From: a virus
Direction: 5' to 3' (one strand)
Length of the DNA stretch: 64,000 bases
IMG/VR virus record: IMGVR_UViG_3300034198_006385
Span: 1 to 64,000 of that record
The translations under genes and the position numbers were made by a program. Positions 50,529-59,138 of this stretch are shown in pieces (position 1 is the stretch's first letter; each line of letters starts with the position of its first letter). The notes below the pieces were generated by a model. The model had not been told where the DNA came from. It saw nothing but the letters and a program-made list of their open reading frames with translations, and did not search any database.

Positions 50529-50951
50529 ATGGATTACGATAATCCTTGGGTATATAAAAATAAAATATTTACAAGTGATGATATAGATGAATATGTTTCA
50601 TTTGTCTATATCATCACAAATTTAAAAAATCATAAAAAATATATTGGCAAGAAAACTTTTGTTAATACTACACGAGTTGCCAAGAAAAATACTAAACGCC
50701 GAAAAATTGTTCGTAAAGAAAGTGATTGGAAAAAATATTATGGGAGTTCCAAATCTCTTTTATCTGATATAGAAATATACGGAAAAGAGCATTTTCGTCG
50801 TACAATTTTACATTTATGTAAAAATAAATCTCAGGCAACCTATTATGAAGCAAAAGAACAATTCAAAAGAGGGTGCCTTGAATCCGATAAATGGTATAAT
50901 GAATGGATTTATTGTAAAATTCAAAAATCAAATATTATTTTGCGGGAATAA
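50529..50951 (+). CDS. GIY-YIG endonuclease II-like protein
   Basis: FVY.ITN....KKYIGKK, ESDW.KY.GSS, F.R.IL.LC, YN.WI. Confidence 0.85.
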   Translation: MDYDNPWVYKNKIFTSDDIDEYVSFVYIITNLKNHKKYIGKKTFVNTTRVAKKNTKRRKIVRKESDWKKYYGSSKSLLSDIEIYGKEHFRRTILHLCKNKSQATYYEAKEQFKRGCLESDKWYNEWIYCKIQKSNIILRE

Positions 50952-51177
50952 TAGATACAATATTGGCTTTAATGAATGATCGCCATGCCATTATTTCCAG
51001 ATCATAAATTCTTGCTACATGATCTGGAAATACGATAGGCGGTCCCGGTGGCCAATCTTCTTGAGGTACATATTTTAAATTTTGGGTGCATAACATATAT
51101 CTAAGAGAAGCATATCCTTTTTTATAAAATATGATATATGCTATACCATCCAATAATTTATAATTAATTATTGCCAT
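50935..51177 (-). CDS. WYL_2/SH3-like small protein
   Basis: F.K..G..R.M.CT.....P ... YDLE..AWRSF. Confidence 0.7.
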   Translation of the reverse strand: MAIINYKLLDGIAYIIFYKKGYASLRYMLCTQNLKYVPQEDWPPGPPIVFPDHVARIYDLEIMAWRSFIKANIVSIIPAK

Positions 51178-51418
51178 TTTTTGTTACAAATAAATCTGGC
51201 TGAATTACCGATAATAACATTAATTGATCATAACCCCCTATAAAATTATCATCAATAAAAATTGCTGGTGCCGTTCTATGTGCAATTTTATTATATTTTT
51301 CTAGGGTAATATCTATTCCAATTTCTTTTTCCCTAAAATCAATTCCCCGTGAATTAAAAAATTCCTTTGTCATAATACAAAATGGGCAATTTTTAATTGT
51401 ATAAATTAATACATTCAT
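51164..51418 (-). CDS. nrdC: Glutaredoxin
   Basis: CPFC, T.P.IF.D..FIGGY..L. Confidence 0.92.
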   Translation of the reverse strand: MNVLIYTIKNCPFCIMTKEFFNSRGIDFREKEIGIDITLEKYNKIAHRTAPAIFIDDNFIGGYDQLMLLSVIQPDLFVTKNGNN

Positions 51419-51432
51419 TATAATATTTCCTT

Positions 51433-52035
51433 TTAGTGTTTAAGATATTTAGAAACATGATACATTGTAATTGCTGCTGCCGATGCAACATTCAATGATC
51501 TAATAACACCACGTTGTTCTAAATGATATACTTCATTTGTTGTATTGATTAAACATTCAGGAATACCATTTTTTTCATTACCAAAAACAAAACAAAATAT
51601 AAAATCATTACGAAATTCATGATTATTATAATCAATTATAATTTTATTAAAATTATCTAAATTTTTTGATTTATATGTCTTATCAATAAAGATAGGAAAT
51701 ATTTTATTTGAATAACACATACTTAAAAAATTATCAGTCATTTCCTTTTCATTAGAAAAATCATTATAATTATAACGAACATAATCAATATAATTATGTG
51801 CGCCGACAGTAGATCGAGTATCTACTTTATTTTTACCAAAAATTAAAACTTTCTTTGCTCCTAGAATATGCGCGGACCTAATTCCATTTCCAATATTATT
51901 ATCATATTCAAGATTAAGAAAACAAATAGCATAAGGAAGTCTATCGTTATCAGAAATAACTTTTAATTCTTCTACTGTTTTATCTTTTAAATCATCATGC
52001 ACATTATACATTTTATTAACCTTTAATAAGTTCAA
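51433..52035 (-). CDS. SpoU/TrmH-family RNA 2'-O-methyltransferase
   Basis: N.G..IRSA..LG, FGNE..GI, RSLNVASAA.I.MY. Confidence 0.88.
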   Translation of the reverse strand: MNLLKVNKMYNVHDDLKDKTVEELKVISDNDRLPYAICFLNLEYDNNIGNGIRSAHILGAKKVLIFGKNKVDTRSTVGAHNYIDYVRYNYNDFSNEKEMTDNFLSMCYSNKIFPIFIDKTYKSKNLDNFNKIIIDYNNHEFRNDFIFCFVFGNEKNGIPECLINTTNEVYHLEQRGVIRSLNVASAAAITMYHVSKYLKH

Positions 52036-52393
52036 CTTTTAATTTTTTACTACCGATTTTGACCATATCTAGATTTACGGCACATAGGTAGGTCATATCG
52101 AACTCTACGCCTCTAGCATATGGCCCACGGTCATTTACGCGGGCAATGATACTGCGATTATTGTCTAGGTTAGTCAAACGGACTAATGTTCCAAATGGTA
52201 ATTTACGATGTGCTACAGTTAATTGATGATTAGGTGAAAATTTTTCACCATTAGCTGTTTTCTTCCCATGTTTATACCATGATGCTTTAGCATAATAAGT
52301 TTTAGTAATAGTAACATTATTATCTGTAGCATACGCAGCGTTGCTTATCAAAAGTGATGATAGCATCAGTGCTACTGCTGCAAATTTTTTCAA
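52016..52393 (-). CDS. rlpA: RlpA-like lytic transglycosylase (DPBB) with signal peptide
   Basis: ASWY, TANGE.F, AHR.LPFGT.VR.TN, VNDRGPY; TTG start after SD AAGGAG, then KKFAAVALMLSS. Confidence 0.88.
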   Translation of the reverse strand: MKKFAAVALMLSSLLISNAAYATDNNVTITKTYYAKASWYKHGKKTANGEKFSPNHQLTVAHRKLPFGTLVRLTNLDNNRSIIARVNDRGPYARGVEFDMTYLCAVNLDMVKIGSKKLKVELIKG

Positions 52394-52406
52394 AGTAATT
52401 CTCCTT

Positions 52407-52438
52407 AAAAACAAAATCGGCGGCATAGACCGCCGATT
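52407..52438 (-). terminator. Intrinsic terminator
   Basis: 9-bp stem AATCGGCGG/CCGCCGATT with 6-nt loop, followed by TTGTTTTT on -. Confidence 0.7.
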
Positions 52439-52464
52439 GTATAGCCTATTATTATTGCTGGCAA
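52436..52464 (-). promoter_or_regulatory. Sigma70-like promoter for rlpA, overlapping the terminator arm
   Basis: TTGCCA-17 nt-TACAAT. Confidence 0.6.
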
Positions 52465-52467
52465 GTA

Positions 52468-53079
52468 TTACTTGCTGGCTTCCTCTAGTTTTGCCTTTGT
52501 TGACGATTCATAAAATTCTGATGCACGCAGCCCACTTTGAAAATAATTTTGTGTAACTGCTGATGCAATTCCCATACCTAAATTCATAGTATTATGATTT
52601 AAATTAATATTACGAGAATTATCAAATACCCCAAATGTATTTTTTGCTACATCTGCAATACCATCAAAATTTGCTCCCATAAAAACCACATCATAATTAT
52701 ATTTAGCAATCAAATTTTTAGTCATTTCTTTTACATCAATAGCTTTAAAATGTTTAGATGTATTTTCATAATTATTTGTTAGCATAACTAGAATAGCATT
52801 TTTTGCACCAGAATCCATCATATTATGCATAATACGTGCAGCGGAATCTAATAATGGTGTTGAACCACGAGGTTGAATTTCATTAGAAGAAATATCTTTC
52901 CAATTTTTTCGTGTAGTATTACGAACAATATCATAACTATATGAATCAAATACCGCAACAATAATATCAGCATCTTTAATTGGTTCAATATATTTATTAA
53001 TACCTGAGATAGTTTCATCCCAAATATTAACCATTGATCCAGAACGATCAAGAAGAAAATATAGTTTATTTTTACTCAT
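52468..53079 (-). CDS. vWA-domain protein with degenerate MIDAS
   Basis: LLDRSGSM, PRG.TPLLD, F.GAN.D; the usual TDG.EN.S reads TNN.EN.S. Confidence 0.8.
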   Translation of the reverse strand: MSKNKLYFLLDRSGSMVNIWDETISGINKYIEPIKDADIIVAVFDSYSYDIVRNTTRKNWKDISSNEIQPRGSTPLLDSAARIMHNMMDSGAKNAILVMLTNNYENTSKHFKAIDVKEMTKNLIAKYNYDVVFMGANFDGIADVAKNTFGVFDNSRNINLNHNTMNLGMGIASAVTQNYFQSGLRASEFYESSTKAKLEEASK

Positions 53080-53144
53080 TATTTATTTTATCTTTATTGT
53101 TTGTTGAACACATAAGATTTATTAATAGAAATTCTACCTAATAA

Positions 53145-53684
53145 TTAAATCCAGGGGGGTGGTTGACGGTTTTTCCAACTATGTAGGTGGGATTTACCAA
53201 ATTTATAATAATTACGATAATTTTCGACAGAATCATCACTGATAATATATTCCTCTGGCATGGCGCATGGAATTTTAGTTAAACCAATATCTGATATATT
53301 TTTAGGAGAAATATGTAAAATATTATTTAATTCATAATTAGTGCAATATGAATGAATTTTTCCATAACGATGTGTATATTCCAAATGAAGATGTGTTAGA
53401 TATTTAACTAACCAATAATAATTATCTCGTGATTCACGAACCCAAACTGCACTTGGATGATTCTGATGTGTCGCCTTTAATAAAACACGATTTGTAATAG
53501 GATCATCCAATTTCCAAATTTTATTGCGGCGACCATTCTTGATAATCGTTTCTTCTTTACCATCAAGAACACGGTGGGCAGTTGATAATAGTTGTGTTGA
53601 TTCAAGAATCATTTTTACAGTATGACGATCAACTGCCCATACCGCCGAAGTAACATAACTGTGATCAAGATAGAAAATATTCAT
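53145..53684 (-). CDS. Pyrimidine-dimer DNA glycosylase-like protein
   Basis: MNIFYLD, H.VKMILE..QLLSTAH, H.NHP..VW.R.S..NY, EY..RYGK.H. Confidence 0.75.
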   Translation of the reverse strand: MNIFYLDHSYVTSAVWAVDRHTVKMILESTQLLSTAHRVLDGKEETIIKNGRRNKIWKLDDPITNRVLLKATHQNHPSAVWVRESRDNYYWLVKYLTHLHLEYTHRYGKIHSYCTNYELNNILHISPKNISDIGLTKIPCAMPEEYIISDDSVENYRNYYKFGKSHLHSWKNRQPPPWI

Positions 53685-53701
53685 AATATAAAAAACTCAT
53701 G

Positions 53702-54076
53702 TTAAAAATTTGGGGCGCGGCGCTGAATGAAATTTGATTGATAATTGGTGAAATTATAGAATCGTTTCACACAGGCAATCGCAACATCTACATCATACGG
53801 CTTACAAGAGAAAATGTCAATATATCCAGAGCCATCAATGTCAACAAAATGTGCGGTGATATTTGACGTTTCAATTAATTGCACTAAACTATAACCAGCT
53901 TTATCGGGATCGTGTGTGGCAAAATGTTTAATTGTTGGTTCGCCATATGCAACCATATCAATTTCTTCAATTAATACTTTAAGAAAATTTTTGTGATTTT
54001 CAACGTCTTTAATTTTATCCATATCACATCCACAAACATCAAGTAGTAGATGATACCCCCAATAATTATACGACAT
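53702..54076 (-). CDS. AdoMet decarboxylase-family pyruvoyl enzyme, divergent paralogue
   Basis: WG.HL.LD, I.M...G.P, G.SL.QLIETS.I..HF, D.FSCK. Confidence 0.85.
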   Translation of the reverse strand: MSYNYWGYHLLLDVCGCDMDKIKDVENHKNFLKVLIEEIDMVAYGEPTIKHFATHDPDKAGYSLVQLIETSNITAHFVDIDGSGYIDIFSCKPYDVDVAIACVKRFYNFTNYQSNFIQRRAPNF

Positions 54077-54079
54077 AAC

Positions 54080-54424
54080 TTATCCTCTGATTTCTAGTTT
54101 AATTTTGCTGGTCTTTGGTTGAAAATAATTTAGTAATATATCCATCATATCTTCAGGATTGCAATTCCCACACATGAAGGCATCAATCGCACAATACCCT
54201 ACTTCCGGCCAAGAGTGAAGAGAAAGGTGACTCTCGGCTAGAATAATTACGCCGGTAACTCCGTATTCATCACCAAAATGATGCATGTGACTAAAGATAA
54301 CAGTGGCGCCACAATGTAATGCAGCGCCTTTAAGTAAATCTTCAATTTCAATAGGGTTGTTTAATCTATTGGATGGACAGCCACAAAAATCAACTAATAA
54401 ATGTTTCCCACCTGCTGGAACCAT
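54080..54424 (-). CDS. speD: S-adenosylmethionine decarboxylase proenzyme
   Basis: GKHL.VD..GC, GVTG..IL.ESH.S.H.WPE.GY.AID.F.CG. Confidence 0.92.
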   Translation of the reverse strand: MVPAGGKHLLVDFCGCPSNRLNNPIEIEDLLKGAALHCGATVIFSHMHHFGDEYGVTGVIILAESHLSLHSWPEVGYCAIDAFMCGNCNPEDMMDILLNYFQPKTSKIKLEIRG

Positions 54425-54459
54425 ATCGCTCTCCTATAGAATAAACAATAAAGCCCTAT

Positions 54460-54837
54460 TTAGGTGTAATACGGAACAACATGAATTTCAAATTTACGAT
54501 TGAAATCTAAATTTTCAAAAATATAATCATATGATACCCACAATCTATCCCAAATATATTGATCATATTGTTTACATTCATTGGGATTGATAGAAGTAAT
54601 TTCCGAATCTTGACATGGTTCATATGTTGAAATATGTTTACCAATAATTAAATAATTTCCACTCATTACATCAGGAAGAAATAAATCTTGATCGCGTCCA
54701 TCATAATAATTGTGTATCTCTTTATCGTCAGTATCGGTGTTATTATCACCAAAAATATATGGATCAAATTTTGCAATTAATCTTTTATCATTAATTAAAA
54801 TACCATACCAAACTTGAACAGTAAAGTTTGTGCTCAT
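54460..54837 (-). CDS. Hypothetical protein
   Basis: ORF in operon orientation. Confidence 0.5.
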   Translation of the reverse strand: MSTNFTVQVWYGILINDKRLIAKFDPYIFGDNNTDTDDKEIHNYYDGRDQDLFLPDVMSGNYLIIGKHISTYEPCQDSEITSINPNECKQYDQYIWDRLWVSYDYIFENLDFNRKFEIHVVPYYT

Positions 54838-54841
54838 TTTC

Positions 54842-55048
54842 TCATACCTTCTCTAAACAGGATTTACTTGTTCCAAACGTTTTAAACAAAGAATATTCCG
54901 GTGGTAGATCATCCATCTGTAATGAGAATATTTCTGAGGATTCCCAATAAGAATTTCCAATAATTGTTCCAATTTTACCTAGAAGAAAATGATCTTCTGG
55001 AAAATTAATTATTCTAACTCTGTCACCAATTTTTAATTCCATATCCAT
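54842..55048 (-). CDS. Small SH3/KOW-like hypothetical protein
   Basis: LKIGDRVRI...GK.G.I; ATG 55048 after SD AGGA. Confidence 0.5.
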   Translation of the reverse strand: MDMELKIGDRVRIINFPEDHFLLGKIGTIIGNSYWESSEIFSLQMDDLPPEYSLFKTFGTSKSCLEKV

Positions 55049-55059
55049 GATACAAATTC

Positions 55060-55449
55060 CTAAACAGCTAATACCCAATAAATTAAAGCAATGTATGTGA
55101 TTTGATGAAGATATTGATCAAATCCAGTTAACCACCAAAATTGATTATGTGTTGTTGGTTCCTATTGCATGATGCGATTGATATTCATTTTAGCCCAATC
55201 AATATGATAATGAGCAATATAATCAATTGCGAAAATAAAAAGAATTTCATCTGGCATCAAGGCGCGTTGAAAATACCCCATAACTAAAAAGAAACATAGA
55301 GCGGTTCCACTGGCATTTTTTGCTGCGTGCAATACGCCGCCCGCGTGACCATACGTTCCTTTATTAGACCATTCAAATTTGGGTTGCCAAATCCAATCAA
55401 TAATTAAATGTTTACATTGTAGAAAAAACATTAACCAAATAGCTGTCAT
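55060..55449 (-). pseudogene. DUF3307-like membrane protein interrupted by an in-frame amber codon
   Basis: KH.I.DW..Q, KG.YG..GG..H, HY.IDW.K, then TAG (55162-55164), then in-frame FWW..G.DQ.LH..TY. Confidence 0.75.
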
Positions 55450-55467
55450 AATCTAAATCCTTATGAA

Positions 55468-56361
55468 TTAAAATTCATCACCAGTGTAACCTTGTTTACG
55501 TGCATTCTTTTTTCTTTTAGCCAAATTATATGCGTGGTTCACGTCATCACTAAATCCATGATCCCTAGCAACGATATGTTCCGTGCCATTGGGATGCTTC
55601 CATACACCCATATTGCCGATATCGCTATAGTCAGATGGGTTAGTGCCACCATTTGCGTGATAGGCAAGAAATTTTTCAACTAAAGGATGATCTTCCAATC
55701 TGTCCATATGTTCATCATATTTTTTTCCACTATCCCAATAATTTCCTTTAGCCCGTTGATGTGAACGAAAAAGAACTTTTACAAAATCATTGTGAGTAAT
55801 ACCATCGGGAAATTCTGGCGTCTTTGTCATTTTCTCAAATTTAGAATGAGTGATATTTTCAACGTGACCAACATCAGACCACATATGATTTTTTTCATCA
55901 TGATCTATTAATGGTGGGAAAACACCCATTTTATTTGTTTTGTATGCCTTTGTTCCATTCTCTATGTCACGGGATAATACTCTGTGATGATCAGTGAAGG
56001 AATCACCATTTTCGGCGTGATTTTGCATTTGCCCCAATGTCATTCCATCATAATAATCTTTATTGTGGTGTGCATCTAAAGTTGAACGAATAGCAATTTT
56101 TGTTCCGTATGGAATGTGATGTGTTTGACCATCAATTGTAATTTGCGCGGGTTCTTTATGTTTAATGTAAGCACGAGATGATCCTGATGGCATATTACCT
56201 TCAACGCCCGTAGGTTCACCACGTTCAGATAATTCTTTAATTTTGTTTACAACAAGTGTCTTTCTGTTCTTGGAACTTGGTGGCGCTTGAACAATTGCCT
56301 TTAATTCGGGGTGCAATTCCTCAGTAATTAAACTTCTAATGAATGTCTTGAAATTATCCAT
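55468..56361 (-). CDS. Protein-kinase-like protein
   Basis: GSSRAY, KIA, G..QN..E, D....GN.G, DHGF, in kinase motif order. Confidence 0.55.
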   Translation of the reverse strand: MDNFKTFIRSLITEELHPELKAIVQAPPSSKNRKTLVVNKIKELSERGEPTGVEGNMPSGSSRAYIKHKEPAQITIDGQTHHIPYGTKIAIRSTLDAHHNKDYYDGMTLGQMQNHAENGDSFTDHHRVLSRDIENGTKAYKTNKMGVFPPLIDHDEKNHMWSDVGHVENITHSKFEKMTKTPEFPDGITHNDFVKVLFRSHQRAKGNYWDSGKKYDEHMDRLEDHPLVEKFLAYHANGGTNPSDYSDIGNMGVWKHPNGTEHIVARDHGFSDDVNHAYNLAKRKKNARKQGYTGDEF

Positions 56362-56391
56362 AAATATATCCTCTGTTTTTGAAATTATTTA

Positions 56392-56466
56392 TGGAGCACC
56401 CACCCAGGATTGAACTGAAAATTGAAGATTACAAATCTACTGTTTTGCCAATTAAACTATAGGTGC
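56392..56466 (-). tRNA. tRNA-Thr(TGT)
   Basis: Acceptor GCACCTA/TGGGTGC, loop TT-TGT-AA, GTTCAATC, CCA encoded; one mismatch in the anticodon stem. Confidence 0.85.
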
Positions 56467-56471
56467 TTTCA

Positions 56472-56702
56472 TTACATGTTAGCTAAAGCTGTTCGTCCAT
56501 CTGAAAATTCGGTCCATGTCTGAAAATATATAGCATACTTGGTGCCTTTTTCATTTGGGCGAAAATGATGTGATTTCCATCCTTCCCGAACCTTTCCTTT
56601 AATTGGACCATAAATTCCAACAGGAATTTCATCACCAATTACGATGACAGTATCATCTTTCATATCTTTAAGAAGTTCTTTTAATTCACCAACGGTAATC
56701 AT
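56472..56702 (-). CDS. Hypothetical protein
   Basis: TV.ELKE.L...DD..V small phage protein pattern. Confidence 0.5.
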   Translation of the reverse strand: MITVGELKELLKDMKDDTVIVIGDEIPVGIYGPIKGKVREGWKSHHFRPNEKGTKYAIYFQTWTEFSDGRTALANM

Positions 56703-56987
56703 TTATTCTTCTTTTCCATTTACGTAGCCATCAATAAATTTTGGGAAATTTCTTTTAAATTTATCTTTATCCCAATTAAGAATTTGTCCGGTGTCAAGAT
56801 CAATGTTTAAATAAACATAATCACCATAATGTTCTTCTGGCATAAAGGAAGGGACATATCCTTCATAATTTAAAATTGAATTATTATTTGTGTCAACAAA
56901 CTCGGCACAAAAATCGTCTCTAACTTTTAGATACATTTTCATAACATTGATATCGACTTCAACTGGCTTATTTACTTTAATTTTCAT
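56703..56987 (-). CDS. Conserved phage hypothetical protein
   Basis: KV.D.F, GYVP.FMP.EHYGDY..L.ID..TG.I.NW; start MKIKV after SD GGGGT. Confidence 0.65.
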   Translation of the reverse strand: MKIKVNKPVEVDINVMKMYLKVRDDFCAEFVDTNNNSILNYEGYVPSFMPEEHYGDYVYLNIDLDTGQILNWDKDKFKRNFPKFIDGYVNGKEE

Positions 56988-57198
56988 TTTGTTTACCCCT
57001 ATTTGAATGAAATTCACGATGCCACCCCACGGAATCAATATGAAAATGAACCGATAATCCAATTGGCTCGCCATAAGCAGCGCGATAAACATTCAACATG
57101 GTTTCAAATTCGACCAAAAAATCGTAAACATCTTCTGTTTGTTCAAGAGTTGCCAATCCTGGCGCCTTTACGTAAGCAAGCAATTTTTCTTTGATCAT
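56977..57198 (-). CDS. Hypothetical protein
   Basis: ORF in operon orientation. Confidence 0.45.
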   Translation of the reverse strand: MIKEKLLAYVKAPGLATLEQTEDVYDFLVEFETMLNVYRAAYGEPIGLSVHFHIDSVGWHREFHSNRGKQNEN

Positions 57199-57210
57199 TT
57201 TAAAATTCTT

Positions 57211-57423
57211 TCACTTTCGCGGGGGATTGATGTCAATATCAACTAGATAAGGATCGCCTGCTTGAACATACCAATCTGGTGCAGTTGGGCTGGTATTTTT
57301 AGCGTTTTCTTTATCTCTAAATTCTTCAGCTTCTTTCAAAGTTAGAAAATCTGTATCAGACCAATGTTTTGATCCCCAACCGCGTTCATATTCTCTTAAA
57401 GTAACTCTGTATCGTGCCTGCAT
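57211..57423 (-). CDS. Conserved phage hypothetical protein
   Basis: E.ERGWG.K....F....EA....N......PDWY..A. Confidence 0.65.
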   Translation of the reverse strand: MQARYRVTLREYERGWGSKHWSDTDFLTLKEAEEFRDKENAKNTSPTAPDWYVQAGDPYLVDIDINPPRK

Positions 57424-57440
57424 TTTAAAATTCCTTTAAA

Positions 57441-57520
57441 TGGTGCGGCCAACGGGGATCGAACCCGCATTTTCTGGCTTGAAAGGCCGGAGTCCTAGTC
57501 CTAATTTAGACGACAGCCGC
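57441..57520 (-). tRNA. tRNA-Glu(TTC)
   Basis: Acceptor GCGGCTG/TGGCCGC, loop CT-TTC-AA, GGTTCGATCC, CCA encoded; enlarged D-loop. Confidence 0.88.
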
Positions 57521-57526
57521 TTTAGA

Positions 57527-57709
57527 TCAAATTTTAGACCATCCTGTATTTGATGCAATATCACCTTCAAGATGCTTACGTAGGTATACTACACTGCGGT
57601 CTAGACTGTCAAGAAGAACCTCATAGTCACCATAAACTTCTTTGAGTAAGTCACCATTATAATCTTTGATTTGTTGTTTGTTAATTGCAATCGAATCATA
57701 TTTAATCAT
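57527..57709 (-). CDS. Hypothetical protein
   Basis: Short ORF in operon. Confidence 0.4.
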   Translation of the reverse strand: MIKYDSIAINKQQIKDYNGDLLKEVYGDYEVLLDSLDRSVVYLRKHLEGDIASNTGWSKI

Positions 57710-57905
57710 TTTGTAATCCCAATCTTTTCAAATCTTTGGATGATAGTTGTTCTTTGGTGGCATAATAATATCTAGATTTGTTTCTGTAAATGCCTTGACT
57801 TTTTTGAATAGTTTTCTTCAGAATAACATCATACTGATAATTACCAAACAAAATAGTTTTACCATATTGATCAACATATGAACGATCAGGAGGAAATTCT
57901 TTCAT
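57702..57905 (-). CDS. Hypothetical protein
   Basis: Short ORF; start uncertain. Confidence 0.4.
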   Translation of the reverse strand: MKEFPPDRSYVDQYGKTILFGNYQYDVILKKTIQKSQGIYRNKSRYYYATKEQLSSKDLKRLGLQND

Positions 57906-57961
57906 TTCGACCCAATACCAAATACCGTTGCGCCATATTTAATTTCCTTTATATATAAAAT

Positions 57962-58195
57962 CAATTGCCACATGAAGATGAAAAATATCAAATTAATAAA
58001 AGCGATTATGCAATAAACAATATTCAATATGAAATAAGCAAAAGGCTTAATCTTGGATCAATAAACAATGCCGCTTATATACGGACTAATTAAACCAAGG
58101 GTCAATTTGCCAAATGATATGAGCAATCCCATATCTTTCTGATAATTGTTTTGCTATATTAAATAAATATAATCCTTCTCCATGTGGCATCCCGT
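57962..58195 (-). ncRNA. Candidate structured non-coding RNA
   Basis: No ORF in the track; closing helix TGCCACATG/CATGTGGCA, nested stems and a duplicated ATTGTTTATTG. Confidence 0.45.
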
Positions 58196-58205
58196 AACCT
58201 TTCGA

Positions 58206-58802
58206 TTACAGAATTTTTGCGAATTTTAAAAATTCCGCCATTTCTGATGACAATGTAATTTCATGCGACAGATTAAGAGAAATTAACTTGTCACTAATGT
58301 CCTGCAATTCTTTCTTGCGATTATTAATCCTATTTTTCAGGAGATCAATCTCTTTCTGAGAATATACTGAAAAGGATTGACGATCAACCGCGTTGTGAAA
58401 ATCCCGCCCATCGCGTTTCGCGGAAAATTCTAAGATTTTTTTAATTTCTTCATTGGATTTTGATGGTGTAAGCCTAGATACCAACTCTTTCAGAAATTGA
58501 ATTTCCATAAGAATTGTATTACGCAAAGCCAATAATTCATTAATTCTGGTGGAGGAATTTAATGCGCCAACTTTAGTGCGAATGTCAACCAGAATTGTTT
58601 CTAGATACGAAACATCAGCAAATACTACTTCGTTTTCCACAAAACGATCATAAAGGACTTTTTCAAAGTCAACAGTATCATGATCCCACACGTTAAACCA
58701 AATTTCAGTATTTGAACGAAGTTCATTCCTCTTTTCTTTGATTTTCTCAATGATTGCGGATTGAACAGCGGCGGCGTTGCGTAGGTTGATATTTGCTAAC
58801 AT
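58206..58802 (-). CDS. Long coiled-coil protein
   Basis: I.LR.A.A.Q..I, IR..V...N....IN..L, K..LQ...D.L..LN....I.L; loosely DIP1984-like. Confidence 0.6.
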   Translation of the reverse strand: MLANINLRNAAAVQSAIIEKIKEKRNELRSNTEIWFNVWDHDTVDFEKVLYDRFVENEVVFADVSYLETILVDIRTKVGALNSSTRINELLALRNTILMEIQFLKELVSRLTPSKSNEEIKKILEFSAKRDGRDFHNAVDRQSFSVYSQKEIDLLKNRINNRKKELQDISDKLISLNLSHEITLSSEMAEFLKFAKIL

Positions 58803-58814
58803 GATATAGTTCCT

Positions 58815-59135
58815 TTAAAAATTCAAACGGGGAATTAGTTTACCAATTTCTTCTTTTACAATCTCATTACATTGTTTTTTAATATCGGCTAACATCTGTT
58901 GACGATCATCGCCTCGTGTTTTTTTCCATAAATGAGTATTACGACTCATGTCAAGAGACATTTTATCCTCAAACTTGGATTTTGCAAACGAGAAGCGAAT
59001 AGTAGCATATTCATCGGTATAAAGCAAGCCCGAACCTGAACACATTGTATGAACTTCTTCATTGTCTTCACTTCCAATTAGATTGAAAATATGAAAACTA
59101 ATCATGTCAATATTAACTGTTACAACTGGTGGCAT
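58815..59135 (-). CDS. Hypothetical protein
   Basis: ORF in operon orientation. Confidence 0.45.
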   Translation of the reverse strand: MPPVVTVNIDMISFHIFNLIGSEDNEEVHTMCSGSGLLYTDEYATIRFSFAKSKFEDKMSLDMSRNTHLWKKTRGDDRQQMLADIKKQCNEIVKEEIGKLIPRLNF

Positions 59136-59138
59136 AAG

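Noticed and set aside
50529-50951. Free-standing homing endonuclease
   Set aside because: Short, lacks appended DNA-binding modules, and fits the conserved endonuclease II-like family
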